Positions 57,711-64,000 of a stretch of 64,000 bases of DNA are shown one piece after another. The first letter of the stretch is position 1, and each line of letters starts with the position of its first letter. Made by a program: the position numbers and the translations under genes. Origin of the DNA: Escherichia coli (GTDB taxonomy: Bacteria; Pseudomonadota; Gammaproteobacteria; Enterobacterales; Enterobacteriaceae); assembly GCF_003018115.1 (NCBI RefSeq), contig NZ_CP027457.1; one strand, written 5' to 3'. Below the pieces are notes generated by a model. That model was not told where the DNA came from. It did no database searches and saw only the letters and a program-made list of their open reading frames with translations.

Positions 57711-58328
57711 ATGACCACACAATATGGATTTTTTATCGATTCCAGCCGCTGTACTGGCTGTAAAACCTGCGAACTGGCGTGCAAAGATTTTAAAGATCTT
57801 GGCCCGGAAGTCAGTTTCCGCCGTATTTATGAATATGCTGGCGGCGACTGGCAGGAAGATAATGGCGTCTGGCACCAGAACGTGTTCGCTTATTATCTCT
57901 CCATCTCCTGTAACCATTGCGATGACCCCGCATGTACAAAAGTCTGCCCCAGCGGCGCAATGCATAAGCGTGAAGATGGCTTTGTGGTGGTTGATGAAGA
58001 TGTTTGTATCGGCTGCCGCTACTGCCACATGGCTTGTCCGTACGGCGCGCCACAGTACAATGCTGAAAAAGGACACATGACGAAGTGCGATGGTTGTTAT
58101 TCGCGCGTCGCCGAGGGGAAACAACCCATATGTGTCGAATCCTGCCCACTGCGTGCACTTGAGTTCGGTCCAATTGAAGAGCTGCGCCAGAAGCACGGCA
58201 CTCTTGCTGCCGTCGCGCCACTGCCGCGCGCGCATTTCACAAAACCCAATATCGTTATCAAACCTAACGCCAACAGCCGCCCGACCGGCGATACCACTGG
58301 TTATCTGGCTAATCCGGAGGAAGTGTAA
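57711..58328 (+). CDS. ynfG: 4Fe-4S ferredoxin-type electron transfer subunit YnfG (DmsB-like)
   Basis: 205 aa with four CxxCxxCxxxCP clusters. Confidence 0.9.
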   Translation: MTTQYGFFIDSSRCTGCKTCELACKDFKDLGPEVSFRRIYEYAGGDWQEDNGVWHQNVFAYYLSISCNHCDDPACTKVCPSGAMHKREDGFVVVDEDVCIGCRYCHMACPYGAPQYNAEKGHMTKCDGCYSRVAEGKQPICVESCPLRALEFGPIEELRQKHGTLAAVAPLPRAHFTKPNIVIKPNANSRPTGDTTGYLANPEEV

Positions 58329-58329
58329 A

Positions 58330-59184
58330 ATGGGAAATGGATGGCATGAATGGCCACTGGTTATCTTTACCGTATTGGGTCAATGCGTAGTAGGCGCGCT
58401 GATTGTTAGCGGAATTGGCTGGTTCGCCGCCAAAAATGACGCAGACCGTCAGCGTATTGTCCGTGGCATGTTTTTCCTCTGGCTGTTGATGGGCATCGGG
58501 TTTATTGCCTCTGTCATGCACCTGGGATCGCCACTGCGAGCGTTTAACTCGCTGAATCGAATCGGAGCTTCTGGTCTGAGTAACGAGATTGCTGCCGGTT
58601 CCATATTTTTTGCCGTTGGCGGACTATGGTGGCTGGTGGCGGTCATCGGTAAAATGCCGCAAGCGTTGGGGAAACTCTGGTTACTTGTCAGCATGGCGCT
58701 CGGCGTCATTTTCGTCTGGATGATGACCTGCGTGTATCAAATCGACACCGTGCCAACCTGGCATAACGGTTACACTACGCTGGCTTTCTTCCTGACGGTA
58801 TTGTTGAGCGGTCCAATACTTGCTGCCGCAATTCTACGGGCAGCTCGCGTTACATTTAATACCACACCATTTACCATCATTAGCGTTCTGGCGCTGATCG
58901 CTTGTGCCGGGGTGATTGTGCTGCAAGGTTTGTCTCTGGCGTCTATTCACTCATCCGTGCAACAAGCCAGCGCACTGGTACCAGATTACGCCTCCTTACA
59001 GGTCTGGCGTGTGGTATTGTTATGCGCAGGTCTTGGATGCTGGCTTTGCCCGCTCATTCGTCGCCGTGAACCTCACGTTGCCGGACTTATTCTGGGGCTA
59101 ATCCTCATACTTGGCGGTGAGATGATCGGGCGTGTGCTCTTTTATGGCCTGCACATGACAGTAGGAATGGCTATTGCAGGTTAA
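58330..59184 (+). CDS. ynfH: Membrane anchor subunit YnfH (DmsC-like)
   Basis: ORF track 58090-59184 trimmed to MGNGWHEWPLVIF start 1 nt after ynfG stop, 284 aa polytopic. Confidence 0.85.
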   Translation: MGNGWHEWPLVIFTVLGQCVVGALIVSGIGWFAAKNDADRQRIVRGMFFLWLLMGIGFIASVMHLGSPLRAFNSLNRIGASGLSNEIAAGSIFFAVGGLWWLVAVIGKMPQALGKLWLLVSMALGVIFVWMMTCVYQIDTVPTWHNGYTTLAFFLTVLLSGPILAAAILRAARVTFNTTPFTIISVLALIACAGVIVLQGLSLASIHSSVQQASALVPDYASLQVWRVVLLCAGLGCWLCPLIRRREPHVAGLILGLILILGGEMIGRVLFYGLHMTVGMAIAG

Positions 59185-59226
59185 CAAATTGGTGCGGGGC
59201 AACCCGCACATTTCAGGATGTTAGGA

Positions 59227-59841
59227 ATGACCCATTTTTCACAGCAAGATAATTTTTCTGTCGCGGCGCGCGTGTTGGGCGCGCTGTTTTATTACGCTCC
59301 AGAGAGTGCGGAAGCCGCACCTCTGGTTGCGGTACTCACCCGTGACGGCTGGGAAACTCAGTGGCCTCTACCAGAAGCGTCATTAGCGCCGCTGGTGACG
59401 GCTTTTCAGACACAGTGTGAAGAGACTCACGCCCAGGCCTGGCAGCGTTTGTTTGTCGGCCCGTGGGCACTGCCGTCTCCGCCGTGGGGGTCGGTCTGGC
59501 TGGATCGCGAATCTGTGCTGTTTGGCGATTCAACATTGGCACTTCGTCAGTGGATGCGCGAGAAAGGCATTCAGTTTGAAATGAAGCAAAACGAACCGGA
59601 AGATCATTTTGGTTCACTGCTGTTGATGGCTGCGTGGTTGGCGGAGAATGGTCGCCAGACAGAATGCGAAGAATTGCTGGCATGGCACCTTTTTCCCTGG
59701 TCAACACGTTTTCTTGACGTTTTTATCGAAAAAGCAGAACACCCTTTCTACCGTGCACTGGGTGAACTGGCTCGCTTAACGCTGGCGCAATGGCAATCAC
59801 AACTGTTGATTCCTGTCGCGGTTAAACCACTCTTTCGATAG
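59227..59841 (+). CDS. dmsD: Tat proofreading chaperone DmsD
   Basis: ORF track 59218-59841 trimmed to MTHFSQQDNFS, 204 aa. Confidence 0.9.
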   Translation: MTHFSQQDNFSVAARVLGALFYYAPESAEAAPLVAVLTRDGWETQWPLPEASLAPLVTAFQTQCEETHAQAWQRLFVGPWALPSPPWGSVWLDRESVLFGDSTLALRQWMREKGIQFEMKQNEPEDHFGSLLLMAAWLAENGRQTECEELLAWHLFPWSTRFLDVFIEKAEHPFYRALGELARLTLAQWQSQLLIPVAVKPLFR

Positions 59842-60034
59842 GATGACCGTAATATTGCCGGATAGTGGCGATTACGCGCAATTCGGCAATAATAGGTTAC
59901 AGTGTCACGTTTTTTGTCTCTTAAAGCACGCACTGCTTTTGCAGCTGGCCTCTTTTGCCGCAAAATAGTCGCCCGTGTTTCATTGCCCATTTCTGCTCAT
60001 GCATCATCTACACACCTATCCGGATCTGCGCACT

Positions 60035-61291
60035 ATGTTCCGCCGTCTGCTTATCGCAACAGTCGTCGGTATTCTCGCGGCCTTTGCCGTTGCCGGGTTT
60101 CGTCATGCGATGCTGCTACTGGAGTGGTTGTTCCTCAATAATGACTCCGGCAGTCTGGTCAATGCAGCGACAAACCTTTCCCCCTGGCGACGGCTGCTAA
60201 CTCCGGCGCTCGGCGGACTGGCGGCGGGTTTGTTGCTGATGGGCTGGCAGAAATTTACCCAGCAACGCCCTCATGCGCCGACCGATTACATGGAAGCGTT
60301 GCAAACCGATGTGCAGTTTGATTACGCAGCAAGCCTGGTTAAATCGCTTGCCTCTCTGCTGGTAGTAACCAGCGGCAGTGCAATTGGTCGCGAAGGTGCG
60401 ATGATTCTTTTAGCTGCCCTTGCCGCCTCCTGTTTTGCCCAACGTTTTACGCCACGCCAGGAGTGGAAATTATGGATCGCCTGTGGGGCCGCGGCGGGAA
60501 TGGCTGCGGCCTATCGTGCCCCGCTTGCTGGCAGTTTATTTATAGCCGAAGTGCTGTTTGGCACTATGATGTTGGCCTCTCTCGGCCCGGTGATTATTTC
60601 CGCCGTCGTGGCATTGCTGGTTAGCAATCTGATTAATCATAGCGACGCGTTACTCTACAGCGTACAACTCTCAGTGACGGTTCAGGCTCGTGACTATGCG
60701 CTGATTATCAGTACAGGTGTGCTGGCAGGTCTGTGCGGACCACTGTTGTTAACGTTAATGAACGCCTGTCATCGTGGATTTGTGAGTCTCAAACTTGCGC
60801 CGCCCTGGCAACTGGCACTGGGCGGGTTGATCGTGGGTCTGCTTTCCCTGTTCACACCTGCAGTGTGGGGCAACGGCTATAGCACCGTACAATCCTTTTT
60901 AACCGCCCCGCCACTGTTAATGATCATTGCCGGGATCTTCCTTTGTAAACTGTGTGCCGTGCTGGCGAGTAGCGGTTCCGGCGCACCCGGTGGTGTCTTT
61001 ACACCGACGCTATTTATCGGTCTTGCCATTGGCATGTTGTATGGTCGTAGCCTGGGATTATGGTTCCCTGATGGCGAAGAAATTACGCTTTTACTCGGAT
61101 TGACCGGGATGGCGACACTGTTGGCGGCGACCACGCACGCGCCGATTATGTCGACGTTGATGATATGTGAAATGACCGGGGAGTATCAGCTACTCCCCGG
61201 TTTATTGATTGCCTGCGTAATTGCGTCGGTAATCTCGCGGACGTTACACCGTGAGTCTATCTACCGCCAGCACACTGCGCAGCATAGCTAA
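60035..61291 (+). CDS. clcB: Voltage-gated ClC-type chloride channel ClcB
   Basis: ORF track 59975-61291 trimmed to [14 protein letters not shown], 418 aa; GSGAPGG-type selectivity motifs. Confidence 0.9.
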   Translation: MFRRLLIATVVGILAAFAVAGFRHAMLLLEWLFLNNDSGSLVNAATNLSPWRRLLTPALGGLAAGLLLMGWQKFTQQRPHAPTDYMEALQTDVQFDYAASLVKSLASLLVVTSGSAIGREGAMILLAALAASCFAQRFTPRQEWKLWIACGAAAGMAAAYRAPLAGSLFIAEVLFGTMMLASLGPVIISAVVALLVSNLINHSDALLYSVQLSVTVQARDYALIISTGVLAGLCGPLLLTLMNACHRGFVSLKLAPPWQLALGGLIVGLLSLFTPAVWGNGYSTVQSFLTAPPLLMIIAGIFLCKLCAVLASSGSGAPGGVFTPTLFIGLAIGMLYGRSLGLWFPDGEEITLLLGLTGMATLLAATTHAPIMSTLMICEMTGEYQLLPGLLIACVIASVISRTLHRESIYRQHTAQHS

Positions 61292-61939
61292 GCGGATGTA
61301 TTGCCCCAGTTCACGCTGTTCGGCGCGCGGCAGATAAGGCAGTTCACCAATGAGCGGTGCCGGAAGTTTTTTACCGAGCACATCAATGATTTCCGCATAA
61401 TGCGCCAGTCCTGGGTTGATTCGGTTAGCCACCCAGCCAATGAGCGGCAGCCCGTCGTTGGCAATCGCCTGAGCTGTTAGCAGCGCATGGTTAATGCAAC
61501 CTTCCTGAATACCGACAACCATCAACACCGGCAGTTGTTCCTGCACCACCCATTCAGAGAGTGGACGCAAATCATTCATCAGACTGCGCCAGCCGCCAGT
61601 CCCTTCTACCACGACATGATCGACTTTATCGGTCAGGTTTGCCAGGCCGTTTGAAATGAGGGTGTAATTGATTGGGCAACTGTGCGCCACGCTACTTTCT
61701 TCTTCGCTTAACGCGATAGGATTAACTGCTTCATAAGGCAGTTCGATGGTTGAAACACTCTGCAACACCAGGGCATCTTTATTACGCAGCCCTTCGGGTG
61801 TCTCTTTGCTCCCCTTCGCTACGGGTTTATATCCCGCAACCGTTTTTCCCTGGGAGGCTAACGCTTGTAGCAATGCGCGGGAAACCACCGTTTTCCCTAC
61901 AGAAGTGTCTGTACCGGTAATAAAGAAACGCTTCAGCAT
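61244..61939 (-). CDS. ynfK: Dethiobiotin synthetase paralog YnfK (BioD-like)
   Basis: ORF track 61244-61951 trimmed to [17 protein letters not shown], 231 aa. Confidence 0.85.
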   Translation of the reverse strand: MLKRFFITGTDTSVGKTVVSRALLQALASQGKTVAGYKPVAKGSKETPEGLRNKDALVLQSVSTIELPYEAVNPIALSEEESSVAHSCPINYTLISNGLANLTDKVDHVVVEGTGGWRSLMNDLRPLSEWVVQEQLPVLMVVGIQEGCINHALLTAQAIANDGLPLIGWVANRINPGLAHYAEIIDVLGKKLPAPLIGELPYLPRAEQRELGQYIRLAMLRSVLAVDRLTV

Positions 61940-62063
61940 CACTAACTCCACCGTTATGCTTCACAAATATAAACCAGGAAAATAATTAACCTTGAAAGTC
62001 TAAGTTATGCTTTCCTGGCCCAAATTGAGATAGCGCAAATTTTGGTAGAACAGTTAAAAAATG

Positions 62064-63284
62064 TTAACCCTGCAACAGACGAATCAACAAAGAACCGTTA
62101 TACATCGCGTCTTTTACCAGCGCAGCGCCTGCCATCGTGCCCTGGTTAGAGAACTGAGTACTCTCAACGCTAATGTGCTGACTATACGCAGGAAGGGCCT
62201 GCTGACGGATGCTGTCTGAGATCACCGGGAAGAGGATATCTGCCGCTTTACTTAACGGTGAGCCAATCAGTATTTTTTGTGGGTTAAATAAATTCACCAT
62301 GATGGCAAGAATGCGCCCTACATGCGCGCCCACCCCGGTAATGATGTCTTTTGCCAGCAGATCGCCGCGCAATGCCGCCTGACACAATGAGTCCACGGTT
62401 AACGGTTGCCCATGTAACATCGAGCTCATGGATTGATTGAGACGCAGCTGTGCCAGCTCAAGAATACTGTCCACACTGGCGATGGTTTCGAGGCAGCCGT
62501 GGTTCCCGCAATAACAACGTTTCCCATACGGGTCGACCTGTGTGTGGCCTATTTCCACGAGGCTACTGCTGCCTGCGTGTAGCAGATGACCATCGGTAAT
62601 GACGCCCGCCCCCACGTTGTGATCGATAACCACCTGAATCACATCGCGCGCCCCGCGTGAGGCACCAAACAAGGCCTCTGCCATCGTCCATGCGCTGATA
62701 TCATGCTGAATATAAACCGGAACGCCGGTATGCTGCTCCAGAGCCTCGCCGAGCGGCATCTCTTTTACATCCTCGTAGAACGGCATGCGATGTACAATGC
62801 CATTTTCCGTATCAATAATTCCCGGCAGGGTTATGGCAATCGAAGTTAGACGCTCAAGTTTTTTCTGGTGGCGGATAAAAAACTGATCGATATGGGAAAT
62901 GATACGATCCAGCAATGGCGAGTCATCTTTTAACGCCAGTTCCTGCGACTCTTCCACCACCAGTTTGCTGCTCAGATCGCGCAGAGCAAGGAAAATCTCC
63001 CCGCGACTAATGCGCAGAGAAAGATAGTGCCAGGCTTCAGTTTCAACCACCAGCCCCACCGCCGGACGGCCACGGTTCCCCGCTTCTTTGATTTCCAGCT
63101 CTTGCACCAGGTGTGCTTCGAGCATCTCACGGACAATTTTAGTGATACTGGCAGGAGCCAGCTGCGCCAGACGGGAAAGATCGATACGCGAGACTGGACC
63201 AAGCTGATCAATCAGGCGATAAACCGCGCCCGCGTTGGTCTGCTTTATTTGATCAATGTGCCCAGGCTGGTTTTCAGCAACCAC
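62064..63284 (-). CDS. mlc: ROK-family global repressor Mlc (DgsA)
   Basis: 406 aa; N-terminal HTH and ROK sugar-kinase fold with Cys zinc motif; non-ATG start. Confidence 0.9.
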   Translation of the reverse strand: MVAENQPGHIDQIKQTNAGAVYRLIDQLGPVSRIDLSRLAQLAPASITKIVREMLEAHLVQELEIKEAGNRGRPAVGLVVETEAWHYLSLRISRGEIFLALRDLSSKLVVEESQELALKDDSPLLDRIISHIDQFFIRHQKKLERLTSIAITLPGIIDTENGIVHRMPFYEDVKEMPLGEALEQHTGVPVYIQHDISAWTMAEALFGASRGARDVIQVVIDHNVGAGVITDGHLLHAGSSSLVEIGHTQVDPYGKRCYCGNHGCLETIASVDSILELAQLRLNQSMSSMLHGQPLTVDSLCQAALRGDLLAKDIITGVGAHVGRILAIMVNLFNPQKILIGSPLSKAADILFPVISDSIRQQALPAYSQHISVESTQFSNQGTMAGAALVKDAMYNGSLLIRLLQG

Positions 63285-63295
63285 CGCATACTCCC

Positions 63296-63320
63296 TATAT
63301 TTTCGCGCTCCGAAATAATC
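63296..63320. promoter_or_regulatory. Mlc/NagC-type operator (TATTTT-N9-AAATAA) in the mlc promoter
   Basis: CTATATTTTCGCGCTCCGAAATAAT palindrome immediately upstream of mlc; fits known autoregulation. Confidence 0.5.
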
Positions 63321-63418
63321 TGTAGGCTATGGTGAAGCACTTCAATACGTGTCGTCAAATTTTTACTTAGGCATGTGATTAACAGCACATTTTTCGGGCT
63401 TTTTCGCTGAAATTTCCC

Positions 63419-64000
63419 TCACCTGAGAGCATTCAGCAGATGAATACGAAAGTTACGCGCAGCTGGACTTTGTTCATGATGTTTCGGCCAGACCAACCAC
63501 ATTTCAGAAACCGCATCCTCTTCAGCAATCGGCACCCAGCGCATTTCGTTGAGCTGAACACGTTTAAATGACGCAGGCAAAATTGAAACACCCAGACCGG
63601 CGGAAACCAGACCGATGATGGTCATTGCCTCGCCCACCTCCTGAGTGATGACGGGTGTCAAATGGTAACGTCGCATCAGTCCGAGAATATCGTCATACAG
63701 CCCTGTCCCGACGTGCGGATCAAAAAAGACAAAGGGTTCTTTCGCCAGTTCAGCCAGCGTTACATTCGGGTTATTTGCCAGGGGATGATCGTGCGGGATC
63801 ATCGCCATAAGCGGTTCATGGACGATGACTGCGTGTTCAAGCGTCTCCGGTAACGCTGTGTTACGCAGCAATCCCATATCCAGCGTTCCTTCAATGAGCG
63901 GAGCGATTTGCTCGCGAGTGTTCATTTCGCGGGTTTGTAAATGGACATCAGGATAATCTCGGCGAAACAGCGATAACGTATCAGACACCGCCCGAATAAA
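63419..64000 (-). CDS. ynfL: LysR-family transcriptional regulator, partial (N-terminus beyond window end)
   Basis: C-terminal substrate-binding domain sequence; ORF continues past position 64000. Confidence 0.6.
   Translation of the reverse strand, partial: FIRAVSDTLSLFRRDYPDVHLQTREMNTREQIAPLIEGTLDMGLLRNTALPETLEHAVIVHEPLMAMIPHDHPLANNPNVTLAELAKEPFVFFDPHVGTGLYDDILGLMRRYHLTPVITQEVGEAMTIIGLVSAGLGVSILPASFKRVQLNEMRWVPIAEEDAVSEMWLVWPKHHEQSPAARNFRIHLLNALR

Overview
Enterobacterial (E. coli-type) chromosome segment. Positions 1 to about 47,600 are the integrase-proximal ~47 kb of a lambdoid prophage; from there to the end is conserved host chromosome (rspBA, ynfAB, speG, ynfCD, ynfEFGH-dmsD, clcB, ynfK, mlc, partial ynfL). 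The prophage reads in reverse lambda orientation: a partial side tail fibre (stf), lom, J, I, K, L, M, H, T/G, V, U, Z, FII, FI, E, D, C/Nu3, B, W, A and Nu1, all on the minus strand and essentially lambda in order and protein sequence, followed by an intact cos site. Beyond cos lies a Qin-type late/accessory/immunity region: ydfO-like, gnsB, cspI, Rz/Rz1, SAR endolysin, ydfR, pinholin, cspB, cspF, Q antiterminator, ydfU, hokD, relBE, flxA, two insertion sequences, an O-like replication gene with internal iterons, dicC/dicA, ydfABC-dicF-dicB-ydfD, a full-length ydfE exonuclease, xis and int. No rRNA, tRNA or CRISPR array was seen. I did not find a convincing stand-alone novel defence system. 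The most interesting unexplained items are the full-length YdfE (a DEDDh exonuclease with a zinc ribbon), the O-like replication module that has iterons but no recognisable helicase loader, the divergent J C-terminus and long stf repeats, and the decayed IS-flanked segment with a small membrane-protein ORF. Gene names come from recognising the protein sequences from memory of lambda and K-12 Qin; no database search was run. Coordinates taken from the ORF track are reliable; those I derived by hand from the sequence may be off by 1-2 nt.
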